DNA of 64,000 nt from Oscillospiraceae bacterium. GTDB lineage: Bacteria > Bacillota > Clostridia > Oscillospirales > CAG-272. This document shows, piece after piece, positions 27,544 through 37,143 of the stretch (positions are counted from its first letter, which is position 1; every line of letters starts with the position of its first letter). The notes under the pieces are model-generated. The model did not search any database. It was given only the letters and a program-made list of their open reading frames with translations, and was not told the DNA's origin. The translations under genes were made by a program, and so were the position numbers. The stretch spans positions 111-64,110 of the forward strand of contig SVTO01000007.1 in assembly GCA_015063745.1 (NCBI GenBank), given 5' to 3'.

Positions 27544-28545
27544 TTACGCCATAGTGGCCAGCATGGCTTCGCTGACTTCGTACTGCATGGGCTTGCCTTC
27601 CTTGAACAGATCGAATTCGGCCATCATGTATTCACCCATCCGGCGTACCTCATCGCCCTTACTGCCGGCGATATGCGGTGTCAGAAGACAGTTGGACAGA
27701 GAATAGAAGGGATGACCCTCTTCCGGCGGTTCGGGATAGGTTACATCCAGCAGAGCCGTCAGATCGGGACGTTCGGTCAGCACTTTTACCAGATCGTCTT
27801 CCACAACCTGCGCACCACGGCCGGTATTGATGAACACACCGTATTTTCTCATGCGGTGGAACAGATCGTATGTCAGCATACCCCTGGTCTGCGCGTTGTT
27901 TGCCAGATGGTTGGAAACCACAAAGGAACGCTCGAATACTTCGGTCAGACTACACTTTTCCACACCCAGCTTTTCGGCTTTTTCATCCGCCAGGAAGGGG
28001 TCAAACACAACAACCTCAAGTTTGTACTGCTTCAGCATCTGAATCACCTGACGGCCGATCATTCCGGCACCGATGATACCCACGGTTTCTCCGTAGTTGC
28101 CGCGTGCAGTGCCGGCAGCCCACCCGGCAGGTTCATATCCATCAGATTTGAAGAGACGAATCGCCGGGAAATAACCCGTGTTGGCAAGAATGATCTGTGC
28201 AACGGTATATTCCGCTACAGGTACACCGTTAGCTGCCCATGCGCTGACCACGCGTACACCGCTGGCCAGGAAGGGACGGGCGAAACCCTGTACACTGCCC
28301 GCGCCGTAGAATACACACTTCAGACTGGGAAAATACACCTTGATCTCTTCTTCGGTGAAAGCAGGCATACCCCATGTGGAGAAGGCAACCTCCGTATCGA
28401 CAAACTGTGTAGGATTTGCCAGGATATCTTCTTTTTTGTAAACTGTATCGATCATTTCACAGCGTTCCAGCAGAGCAGCGGTCGTTTTTTCACCGTATAC
28501 CCGGCGGATATTGTGTGGAGAATTACAAAGGAATATAGCTTTCAT
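27544..28545 (-). CDS. D-isomer-specific 2-hydroxyacid dehydrogenase
   Basis: PVAEY, GIIGAGMIGR, INTGRG, LDVTYPEP, TPHIAGS. Confidence 0.9.
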   Translation of the reverse strand: MKAIFLCNSPHNIRRVYGEKTTAALLERCEMIDTVYKKEDILANPTQFVDTEVAFSTWGMPAFTEEEIKVYFPSLKCVFYGAGSVQGFARPFLASGVRVVSAWAANGVPVAEYTVAQIILANTGYFPAIRLFKSDGYEPAGWAAGTARGNYGETVGIIGAGMIGRQVIQMLKQYKLEVVVFDPFLADEKAEKLGVEKCSLTEVFERSFVVSNHLANNAQTRGMLTYDLFHRMRKYGVFINTGRGAQVVEDDLVKVLTERPDLTALLDVTYPEPPEEGHPFYSLSNCLLTPHIAGSKGDEVRRMGEYMMAEFDLFKEGKPMQYEVSEAMLATMA

Positions 28546-29300
28546 GCGAGGCCTCCAATAATATTTTTCAGAGCTGCGGCTTCTGTTTCCAGGGTTGCCA
28601 GACGGTTGTCAGGCATAAATTCCAACAGAAGCGTACGAGGTGTGGCGAATTCCCGGATGTAGGAACGCCATTCTTCCGTAGCAGCGGCCAGAGGATACCG
28701 GGCTTGTGCTTTCCAGTTGTACACATGCAAATGACTGCAGTAGGGCGCGATGGCCTTTGCAGAGGCAATGTTTTCGGCAGGATCATCGTTCAGGGGCTGC
28801 CAGTACATCTGGAAATGAGGGGAATACATCTCCTTCATCAGCATAACTGCATCTTCGACCCGTTCTGTGAAGGTATTCTGATGACATTCCATACAGAGTG
28901 TTACATGGTTTTCGGCTGCGATCCGTTCCGCTTTGTGGCAAACATCGAACAGATTCTCTTTTTCTTCCGCTGTCATGTCCGCACCGGATTTGGTAGGTCC
29001 GCACCAGAGACGGAGAATATCTGTACCAAGCATTTTGGCAGCCTCGATGTGGGGCAGAAGTTCTTCCATGGGATTTACAGTGAGTCGGAAATAGGTGCCG
29101 TAGGAAGAACAACTGATGCCGTATTCTGTCTGCAGAGCTGCGATTTCGCGTACCTTGTCCGGTTCATTGGCAGGTGCGTGTACGTCGCTGCCCCATTCGA
29201 TACAGGAAAGGCCGGCATTCTTCACAGCTTTTACAATATCCAGAGGACTGTGTTTTCGGAAAGAAATGGAAACCAGTCCAAGAGTGTACGCATTTGTCAT
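28542..29300 (-). CDS. Sugar phosphate isomerase/epimerase (xylose-isomerase-like TIM barrel)
   Basis: IEWGSDVH, SSYGTYFRL, ECHQNT, YWQP, HLHV, LLEF; ATGA-coupled on both sides. Confidence 0.8.
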   Translation of the reverse strand: MTNAYTLGLVSISFRKHSPLDIVKAVKNAGLSCIEWGSDVHAPANEPDKVREIAALQTEYGISCSSYGTYFRLTVNPMEELLPHIEAAKMLGTDILRLWCGPTKSGADMTAEEKENLFDVCHKAERIAAENHVTLCMECHQNTFTERVEDAVMLMKEMYSPHFQMYWQPLNDDPAENIASAKAIAPYCSHLHVYNWKAQARYPLAAATEEWRSYIREFATPRTLLLEFMPDNRLATLETEAAALKNIIGGLA

Positions 29301-31084
29301 TTCATATTCCTCCTCTGTCTTGCCAGTAATGTTTCAAACCATAATTCGGGATCGGGCATGGGGGAGACCGCATCAATACGGGATACTTCCCCCGCAGTAA
29401 CTGTCCGGTTCTGTCTGATCTGTCCACCGCTCTGATCCGGTCTGCGGTCCACGAATGCGGAACCGTGCGTACCGATCGCATGGGCCGAGCAGATCATGGC
29501 GGAAAGCACCGCACGCTGGGTGATGACCATGTCGTACAGCTTGTACAGATCCGCCGTTTCGGATACATCCCCGATCTCGACATAGGAAAAGAAGTGATCG
29601 TGGAGATCGCATACTCTGTCAAAAAGATTCTGCATGCCTGCCGTATCCCTGTCAAAATCGGCCACGCGGCTCATTTCGGTCCGGAAAATCTCCCGGATTT
29701 CTCCGATATTGGATGTGCCGTAACGGATGGCGGGCAGGATGAAGGTCGGATTGCCCATGGGCTTTTCCGGCTGACGGGCGATGTGTTCCGCGGCACGGAG
29801 ACTGCCCACCTGAGTGGAGTTCAGCGCACTGCCGCCGGGACGGTATACCCCGAAGGTTCCCGCAGCTTCTCCCGCTGTGTACAGACCGGGGACACCACTC
29901 TGCCAGTATCCGTCCACCAGAACACCGCCGTTGCAGTGCTGGGCGCATACCGCAATTTCCAGCCGTTCGCTCCACAGGTCAATACCGTGATCCGCATACA
30001 GCTCAATGGCACCCATGTTCATTTTGGCAAGCCGTTCGATGGGTGTACCGAACAGGGCGTCGGAGCGTTTCAGATAGTTGTACGCTTCCGCCGGGAGAAC
30101 ATCGAATCCTTTTTCCAGTCCCCTGGGATTGTGCAGGAAATCCAGATATACCCGGTTCCCCTTCTTCACTTCGGCAGCCACCAGCAGATCCACTCCGGAT
30201 GAACCTTCGGTTTTGCGGGTATCAAAAGGCCACTGGTAGCCCTTGAGGAAGATAAGCCCCAGGGAATCCGTTCCCAGTGCATCGTAGAGAAATTCTCTTT
30301 CGTTTCCGTCTTCGTCCACGGAAATATACCGGGGCAGTACCTGCTGGTATGTACCCGACAGATTCCAGCGAAATTTCGTGCTGGCAATGCCGTACTGCCA
30401 TTCTTCCAGATTCACAAGCTCTGCACCCGCTTCCACGGCCAGTCCCGTCGCACCGTGCTGGCTTTCGGGATATACGGTGTTTTTGTAGATCCCCGCAGGA
30501 CCGCCGGTGCACAGAATCACATTCCGGCAGGCGATTACGGAAACCTCTCCCGTCACAACGGAGACAGCGGCTACACCGGAAACACCATTTTCATCGGTCA
30601 GAATCCGGATGGCTCTCTGAAAATCAATGATCTCAATGCCCTTGCCAAGTACGGATTTCTCCAGCGCCTCGGTCATATATCTGGAGGTCAGCGGTCCGCA
30701 GGATGTGGCACGGCTGCGGGGATCGTGGTCGGTTTTGTAACCGGCGTATTCCCCGTATTCGTTGGTGGGGAAGGGAACACCCAGCTCCACAAGACGCATG
30801 AAGCATCTGGCGGAATAAGCCGCTTCACACAGGGCGTGTTCCCCCATGACACCGCCGCCGGAGTAAAGCGTATCCGCCATTTCCCGCACGCTGTCGCCGT
30901 CACTGCCGCAGAGGGACAGCTTGTAATAGGTCTGCTTGTCACTGCCCGTATTCCGGGAGGTACCCATGAACCGGCCTTCGGTGAGGATGGCAATGTCCCG
31001 GATACCGAAATCGTACAGGCGGTCGGCGGCATTGAATCCGGCACAGCCCGTTCCGATGATGAGTGTATGATAACTGTTTTTCAT
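29297..31084 (-). CDS. FAD-binding protein, SdhA/FrdA/NadB flavoprotein fold
   Basis: IIGTGCAG, SRNTGSDKQTYYK, ILCTGG, AQHCNGG, GLYTAGEAAG, RPGGSAL. Confidence 0.82.
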   Translation of the reverse strand: MKNSYHTLIIGTGCAGFNAADRLYDFGIRDIAILTEGRFMGTSRNTGSDKQTYYKLSLCGSDGDSVREMADTLYSGGGVMGEHALCEAAYSARCFMRLVELGVPFPTNEYGEYAGYKTDHDPRSRATSCGPLTSRYMTEALEKSVLGKGIEIIDFQRAIRILTDENGVSGVAAVSVVTGEVSVIACRNVILCTGGPAGIYKNTVYPESQHGATGLAVEAGAELVNLEEWQYGIASTKFRWNLSGTYQQVLPRYISVDEDGNEREFLYDALGTDSLGLIFLKGYQWPFDTRKTEGSSGVDLLVAAEVKKGNRVYLDFLHNPRGLEKGFDVLPAEAYNYLKRSDALFGTPIERLAKMNMGAIELYADHGIDLWSERLEIAVCAQHCNGGVLVDGYWQSGVPGLYTAGEAAGTFGVYRPGGSALNSTQVGSLRAAEHIARQPEKPMGNPTFILPAIRYGTSNIGEIREIFRTEMSRVADFDRDTAGMQNLFDRVCDLHDHFFSYVEIGDVSETADLYKLYDMVITQRAVLSAMICSAHAIGTHGSAFVDRRPDQSGGQIRQNRTVTAGEVSRIDAVSPMPDPELWFETLLARQRRNMK

Positions 31085-31812
31085 AAGCTTCTGATGTGCA
31101 TACCGCCGTCCACGATCAGCGATGTGCCGGTTGTGTAGCCGAAGGTACCGTCACACAGGGCAACGACTGCCTTGGCCACATCTTCGGGCGTACCCCAGCG
31201 TCCCATGGGTACCAGTCCGTCCTCGATCAGGCGGTCGTATTTTTCCTTGACCGCTTCCGTCATACCGGTGGCAATGATGCCGGGACAGATTTCGTTCACC
31301 GTGATTCCCGTTCCGGAAAGACGGTCGGCAAACAGCTTTGTGATCATGGAAACACCGGCTTTGGAAATGCAGTATTCCCCGCGGCTGGTGGAGCTGGTGT
31401 ATGCCGAGCAGGAGGAAATATTGACGATGGCCCCGCCCTTACCCTGCTTTACCATGATGTTGGCCGCCGCCTGGGTCAGAAACAGCGTCCCCTTGGTGTT
31501 GATGCCCATGACGAAATCATAGCTTTCCTCGGTCATTTCCAGAATATCTCTGCGCACCTTGGGCGCCACACCGGCCACATTCACCAGTACCGTGATCTCA
31601 CCGGCTTTTTCAGCTGTTTCCAGAAGTTTCGCACGGTCGTCTCCGCTTGATACATCGCCCTGTACATAGGTAATGTCCAGACCGGCAAAATCCGTGAGAT
31701 CGGGTTCACCGCTGCGGCCCATACCGATAACCTTATAACCTTTCTGTGCCAGCAGAATCGCGCTTGCCTTGCCGATTCCTCCGGCCACACCGGTTACTAC
31801 TGCAATACGCAT
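31081..31812 (-). CDS. Short-chain dehydrogenase/reductase
   Basis: TGVAGGIG, NVAG, YCISK (YxxxK), PGIIAT, VDGG. Confidence 0.9.
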   Translation of the reverse strand: MRIAVVTGVAGGIGKASAILLAQKGYKVIGMGRSGEPDLTDFAGLDITYVQGDVSSGDDRAKLLETAEKAGEITVLVNVAGVAPKVRRDILEMTEESYDFVMGINTKGTLFLTQAAANIMVKQGKGGAIVNISSCSAYTSSTSRGEYCISKAGVSMITKLFADRLSGTGITVNEICPGIIATGMTEAVKEKYDRLIEDGLVPMGRWGTPEDVAKAVVALCDGTFGYTTGTSLIVDGGMHIRSL

Positions 31813-31828
31813 CTTTTTACCTCCGTGA

Positions 31829-33046
31829 TTATCCGTTTTTCTTCAGAATTTTGTCTCTGTATAATTCTCTGTAGTATTCATTGAAAATCGCACAGCCGGA
31901 AACCTGCTTGTTCCGCATCAGCTCCGTACACTTGGAGCAGGCCAGACAGCATTTCTTTGCCGCAAATTCTCCCGCCAGCCAGTCTCTGTATACCATGGGA
32001 TACGCCAGCCACATTCTGCCGATGCCTACGAAATCGCAGACACCGTCCGCAAGCTGACTTTCGCATTGTGTGAACAGGTCGTCTCTGTAATAGGAAAGAC
32101 CGGAGCCGACGAGGAAGAGGGAGGGGAACTTTTCCTTGATGTGCTTTTCCACCGTAACAAACCGTGCCAGACCGGTTTCGGGTGTTTCCGGCGGGGTATA
32201 AGCGCCCTTGCGGTAGGGACGGTTGATGTGGGGATTGTAATAGGGATTGCCGATGGTCACGTTCAGGATCTGCAGACCCGCACCGATCAGCGCTTCGATC
32301 AGCCGGTCAGGCTCGGTGAAATCCAGTTCGTTCTGTTCGGTCGTGCCGAAACCGTAGGGCTTCGGTACCATATCGGCCACGCTGAGTCTGGTGGTCAGCA
32401 GAACATCTCCGGAAACAGCCTCACGGACAGCGCGGAAGCAGTCGAGATACAGTCTGGTGCGGTTTTCAAAGCTGCCGCCGTATCTGCCGGGACGGTTGAA
32501 AGCGGAGAGAAGCTCCTGGAAAAGGTACCCGTGACAGGATTTGATGTCCACCCCGTCAAAACCCGCTTCCACAGCCAGCTTGGCCGTTGCGGCGTACATG
32601 GCGGGAATGGTGTCCAGATATTCGTCGGTAACGATGTTTTCGTCCCCTGCAGGGCGTCTTTCTTCATAGAGGGGATGACGGTAGGCGGTCATGGGAACGA
32701 TGCTCTGACGGCCGGAATGAGTCAGCTGCATGATGAGAACGGGAGAGATACCGCATTCTTCCATAGCGAGCCTGCGCATATCGTCCACCAGCTTTTTGTA
32801 AGCGGGCAGATTCTCTTCGGTCAGCATCATCTGACGGGGATTGGTTCTGCCCTCGGGACATACGGCAGTGGCTTCGATCCAGATAAGCCCCGCACCGCCC
32901 CTTGCCGCGGAGAGGTATTTGTTGACCGTCAGTTCTGTGGGACTGCCGTCTTCATTGCAGTCACAGCCTTCCATGGGCTGGAATACAAGACGGTTGGGAA
33001 ATTCTTTCTGATTGATGATAATGGGTGTGCGAATCATTTCGTTCAT
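31829..33046 (-). CDS. Old-yellow-enzyme family flavin oxidoreductase with C-terminal Cys cluster, no FAD domain
   Basis: NRLVFQPMEG, QLTHSGR, DIKSCHGYL, YGGSFENR, CLACSKC...GC; start probably ATG 33046. Confidence 0.85.
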   Translation of the reverse strand: MNEMIRTPIIINQKEFPNRLVFQPMEGCDCNEDGSPTELTVNKYLSAARGGAGLIWIEATAVCPEGRTNPRQMMLTEENLPAYKKLVDDMRRLAMEECGISPVLIMQLTHSGRQSIVPMTAYRHPLYEERRPAGDENIVTDEYLDTIPAMYAATAKLAVEAGFDGVDIKSCHGYLFQELLSAFNRPGRYGGSFENRTRLYLDCFRAVREAVSGDVLLTTRLSVADMVPKPYGFGTTEQNELDFTEPDRLIEALIGAGLQILNVTIGNPYYNPHINRPYRKGAYTPPETPETGLARFVTVEKHIKEKFPSLFLVGSGLSYYRDDLFTQCESQLADGVCDFVGIGRMWLAYPMVYRDWLAGEFAAKKCCLACSKCTELMRNKQVSGCAIFNEYYRELYRDKILKKNG

Positions 33047-33196
33047 AAGCTGTCTTCTTTCTATCTTATCAGAGGTAAGAATAGTTTTCGTTAATTCTAT
33101 TATATCATAAAATAAAAGCAATTCCTATTACTTTTTGTGTAATTTATATTGCTTTTCTTGCAAAAAATCTGTATAATGAAAAAAAGGGGGGAGCGT

Positions 33197-33961
33197 ATGG
33201 GAACACGTCTGCAGAATGACCGATTTGATTTTGAATATTTGGAAAGCCATATAGACAGTACGGTGCTGTGGGAGAGGCATTGTCACGCCCTTTATGAACT
33301 GATAACGGTTCTGGAAGGGGAGATCGCCATTGCCGTTGAAGGACGTATGTATCACCTTCGGCGTGACCAGGCCATCATCATCCCGCCGCTGTGCTATCAT
33401 ACATTGGAAACCGAACGGAAGTGCCTGTACCGCAGAATTACGGTTCAGTTTGACCGAAGTGCCATTCCGCAGGTTCTGCATCCTCATTTCCCGGAAAACC
33501 AGACGGTGATTCGGGTATTTGACTGCCCGTCCCTGGCGGAGCTGCAGGATATCTGCCTGGCCGGACAACCGGGGTTTTACGAGCCGCTGGCGGAAAGTCT
33601 GATGATCCGCGCTCTGTACGACAGCATCCGTATCACCGATGCACCGGACGGGGACGATACGGATAAGTATCTGGCAAAGCTGCTTTCCTACATCGACGAG
33701 CATTTGTGCGAAAAAATCCTTTTATCCGATCTTGCCGCCTGTATCCCCCAGTCCAAATCCTCCGTCTGCCATATTTTCCAAAAGAAGATGAACATCCCGC
33801 CCAAGCAGTATATCCTGCAGAAAAAACTGGCGCTGGCAGACAAGCTGATCCGCAGCGGTATATCCGCAACGGAAGCAGCCAAACGGGTGGGGTATGAGAA
33901 TTACAGCAATTTCTACAGGATGTACCGGAAGCACTTTGCTGCCGATTCAAGGGAAACGTAA
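33197..33961 (+). CDS. AraC-family transcriptional regulator
   Basis: Cupin motif HCHALYE; C-terminal double HTH (VGYENYSNFYRMYRK); divergent from the OYE operon. Confidence 0.88.
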   Translation: MGTRLQNDRFDFEYLESHIDSTVLWERHCHALYELITVLEGEIAIAVEGRMYHLRRDQAIIIPPLCYHTLETERKCLYRRITVQFDRSAIPQVLHPHFPENQTVIRVFDCPSLAELQDICLAGQPGFYEPLAESLMIRALYDSIRITDAPDGDDTDKYLAKLLSYIDEHLCEKILLSDLAACIPQSKSSVCHIFQKKMNIPPKQYILQKKLALADKLIRSGISATEAAKRVGYENYSNFYRMYRKHFAADSRET

Positions 33962-33972
33962 TACAGAAAAGC

Positions 33973-34016
33973 AAAACCGGAGTACCCTTGCGTGGAAAGG
34001 GAATCTCCGGTTTTTT
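33973..34016. terminator. Bidirectional terminator
   Basis: AAAACCGGAG...CCCTT...AAGGG...CTCCGGTTTTTT. Confidence 0.65.
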
Positions 34017-34056
34017 GGAGGTTATACGGTCGTAATTAATTGTAAAAAGACCAATA

Positions 34057-35133
34057 TTATTCTGCGTATTGTTTCAGAGTATCTTCCATTTTCTTGAATC
34101 GGGGATCTGCGCGAACGAAATCGAAGAAGGGAGACGTGAATTCTTGCAGACGAACATTGCAGGCATTGCCCTTAAAGTTTTTGGTGCTGGTGTTTTCCTT
34201 AAACGTCAGGCGGTTTATCAGGGGCGCCGTATAGGAACAGTCCGTTTTTTGGGCATCCAAAACACAATATTTTACACATTCTTCCAGCGTGTTCAGTGTG
34301 TTTACGGTGTCTTTTATTTCTGCGTATTGTTGCGCCAGATAGGATAACTTAAAGGAGAGATCGAAGGAACAAAATCCAACATTTCCGTCGGAGAACAGCA
34401 TTTTGATAAGATCAATGCTGAACTGAATATAATGAATTTTCTCCTTTGCAGTCAAACCGTCTTTTATGGTAGCAGTGACAGCTGTCATGGATGCTTCACG
34501 AAGCAGATTAAGAATAAAGCATTGTGCCTCTTCAATGCCCTTCTCTCCCTTTAGAACATGGGAACGTAAATTTGCTCTGCAGCAGTATAATCCTCCGCCC
34601 ATGTCTGCATATAACAGAGCATTTTCTGTATCTCCAAGTCCGTCGTAGGTATAACACAAACATTGAATAGCACTTTCCCGTACAGATGTGTCGGTGGATT
34701 CTTTAAGAATGCGTGTCCCGAGTTCGATAATCCGGTCAGCATCTTCTTTGTGGGGAGGCCACAAACCTTGACTGGACAGGGTATTCATATAACCTTTCAT
34801 AACCCGGATATCGTTTGGAAATTCTTGGTAGGCTTTTTCCCATAATGTGATACTTGCATCTATATCACCGACATGCATGTAATGCGAACCTTGCTGTTCG
34901 TATTCTTCAATCTTTTCATCTATTCTCGCTTGTCCCACATCCAGCAGATCGTCGATCGTTACGCCAAAGTACAAAGCAAGCTTCGGCAGCAGCACGATAT
35001 CCGGAAACCCTTCGCCGCGCTCCCACTTACCAACGGACTGCTGGGAGATTCCAAGATAACCGGCAAGAGCTTCTTGCGTAACATTTTTCCTTTGCCGCAG
35101 ATTTTTCAGTGTACTTTTCAGATTGATATCCAT
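34057..35133 (-). CDS. XRE-family HTH regulator with helical/TPR-like C-terminus
   Basis: TQEALAGYLGISQQSVGKWERGEGFPDI...LALYFGVTIDDLL; more AT-rich than its neighbours. Confidence 0.85.
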   Translation of the reverse strand: MDINLKSTLKNLRQRKNVTQEALAGYLGISQQSVGKWERGEGFPDIVLLPKLALYFGVTIDDLLDVGQARIDEKIEEYEQQGSHYMHVGDIDASITLWEKAYQEFPNDIRVMKGYMNTLSSQGLWPPHKEDADRIIELGTRILKESTDTSVRESAIQCLCYTYDGLGDTENALLYADMGGGLYCCRANLRSHVLKGEKGIEEAQCFILNLLREASMTAVTATIKDGLTAKEKIHYIQFSIDLIKMLFSDGNVGFCSFDLSFKLSYLAQQYAEIKDTVNTLNTLEECVKYCVLDAQKTDCSYTAPLINRLTFKENTSTKNFKGNACNVRLQEFTSPFFDFVRADPRFKKMEDTLKQYAE

Positions 35134-35353
35134 GGCATTACCTCTTATGTAAAAGTAATAAGCGCTTATCCTGTATTTAGTATATCATACAATAAACCCC
35201 GACACAAGAACCGCGTAGTTTTATTTAGGGTATAAATTACAACTGGCGGCTGTAGGCGCAGGAGAAGGCAGCTGACGGATCTGCATGAACCGTCGCAATA
35301 CAAAAAAGCACCCATGCTGACAGAGTGAAGAACTGTCAACACGGGTGTATTTT

Positions 35354-36064
35354 TTATTTCAGCCAGGGCGCCAGATATTCTTCGAGACGGGTGTAATCGT
35401 CCACGCAGTTAAACCGGAAATCGGAATGGTACACACTTTCGTCATTTCCGCCGATACCGTAATCGTCGCCGGAGAACACAACTTCATCGTGACCGAAACC
35501 GTTCTCCCGGCACCAGAGATCCAGGGCATAATACTTGTTGAAGGGCTTGGGGGCCATGTCGAAGGAGGAAGAACCGCCGACGAATACATTGTAATCGGAA
35601 AACAATTCACATACCTCTCCGTAGAAAGCACGGCGTTTCTTTCTGTCCGGGTCAAAGGCCAGCTTGTCCGCCTGTACCGCTTGGGTACCCAGAATCGGGA
35701 AGGTGATACAGCCGGAATCGTGGAATTCCACATTGTCTCCGGCAAATTCCGTGAAGCCGTATTTTTCTCTGAGCATGGTGATGTTCTTCTCCACCGCATC
35801 CCGGTCGGCACAGGGAACCACAGAATCCCGGATCAGCGTAAGCTCGCCGTTGGCGGATTTTGCATACTGCATCCCATAGTTGCCGATGATGTCGATGGGG
35901 AAACCGCCCATCTGTTTGAAAATTCGCATGCAGCTGCCGGCGCCTACCATGAGTAAGGTGTATTTTTCCGCCAGCTTTTCCAGGATCCGTCGGTTGGTGT
36001 CTCCCAATGGGGTTCTGTGCTGGGTAAGGGTTCCGTCAAGGTCAAAGGCAAATGCTCGTATCAT
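35354..36064 (-). CDS. HAD-IIB hydrolase resembling eukaryote-type phosphomannomutase
   Basis: FDLDGTLT, GGSSSFD..P...K, FSGD...GGND. Confidence 0.75.
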   Translation of the reverse strand: MIRAFAFDLDGTLTQHRTPLGDTNRRILEKLAEKYTLLMVGAGSCMRIFKQMGGFPIDIIGNYGMQYAKSANGELTLIRDSVVPCADRDAVEKNITMLREKYGFTEFAGDNVEFHDSGCITFPILGTQAVQADKLAFDPDRKKRRAFYGEVCELFSDYNVFVGGSSSFDMAPKPFNKYYALDLWCRENGFGHDEVVFSGDDYGIGGNDESVYHSDFRFNCVDDYTRLEEYLAPWLK

Positions 36065-36068
36065 CTGA

Positions 36069-36866
36069 TTACTCCTTTACACGCAGACCGGCTTTTTCCA
36101 GTTCTGCCATCATAAATGCGGGCTCGTTGGAGGTGATCAGCTCCGCACCCAACCCGGCCGCATGCGCCATATCTTCAATCGTTCGTATGGATGCGCCGAC
36201 CCAGGGTCGAACTCCCTCGGCGATGAGCCCGTCGAAATCCTTCTTAGGATTGACCACACCGTCAAAACCGGGCGTTCCGTCGGGATTTTTGTACTTCCAC
36301 AGACAGGCACAGTACAGCTTCTTCGGAAGAACCTCACCCAGAATACTGTAGGGATAGAATCCGTGGAGACGGAAACGGCTGTCGTATTTTTCTTCGATAT
36401 AGGCAAGGAGAGCACCGTCAAAGCTGTTGACAAAGCTGCGTTCCCAAAGTCCGTAGCTGTCGATGATGGCAATGGCCTTGTCCGCAGAGATCTTCGCCCA
36501 TTCCTCGCCGTCGCGGAAATAATCCTTGAATTCAAAATTGAACTGCATGGTGTTGTCCTTCGCCGCCGCAAATGCGCAGAACTCACGAAGGGTCGGTACA
36601 CGGGTCCCCCTGAATTCTTCGCCCTTCTTAATACCAACATCTGCACGCTGAATCTCTTCCAGAGTCAGTTCGCGGATAACACCGGACACATCGGCGGTAC
36701 GGGCAAGATCACCGTCATGGATCATCACGATTTCGCCGTCCTTGGTCATATGCAGATCCACTTCGATCATATCCGCACCGATGTCGTAAGCGGAACGGTA
36801 GGCGGGCATGGTATTTTCCGGACAGAGCGCCACATTACCTCTGTGCGCAGCAACTTCAATATACAT
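36069..36866 (-). CDS. Glycerophosphodiester phosphodiesterase family
   Basis: AHRG, PENT, IEVDLHMTKDG, HD, VPTL, EFK, NSFD. Confidence 0.9.
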   Translation of the reverse strand: MYIEVAAHRGNVALCPENTMPAYRSAYDIGADMIEVDLHMTKDGEIVMIHDGDLARTADVSGVIRELTLEEIQRADVGIKKGEEFRGTRVPTLREFCAFAAAKDNTMQFNFEFKDYFRDGEEWAKISADKAIAIIDSYGLWERSFVNSFDGALLAYIEEKYDSRFRLHGFYPYSILGEVLPKKLYCACLWKYKNPDGTPGFDGVVNPKKDFDGLIAEGVRPWVGASIRTIEDMAHAAGLGAELITSNEPAFMMAELEKAGLRVKE

Positions 36867-37040
36867 AAAGAAATCTCCGTTCGATCATAAACTGTGTTCC
36901 CATAAATTATAATACAAATCCACCCGAAATGCAACCGCCCGACGCAATTTCGACAAAAAAGGATGCCGCAGAAAACAAAGCAGGGAGAAAAACCGTTACC
37001 AAAGCCTTTCTCCCCACCGGAATTAACACACCAATTCTTT

Positions 37041-37119
37041 CCCCCTTTTCAAAGTTTTTTGAAAAGAAAGGGGGTCGGGGGAAGGAAAACTTTTTCGCAA
37101 AAAGTTTTCCTTCCCCCGA
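37041..37119. repeat. Double-hairpin intergenic element (also the likely opp terminator)
   Basis: Perfect 21-bp inverted repeat 37075-37095/37099-37119 plus a CTTTTCAAA/TTTGAAAAG hairpin. Confidence 0.8.
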
Positions 37120-37143
37120 GAACAAAAATATTCAATTACATTT

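Noticed and set aside
29297-31084. Succinate dehydrogenase/fumarate reductase sdhA/frdA
   Set aside because: No Fe-S or membrane subunits, and the covalent-FAD His motif is absent.
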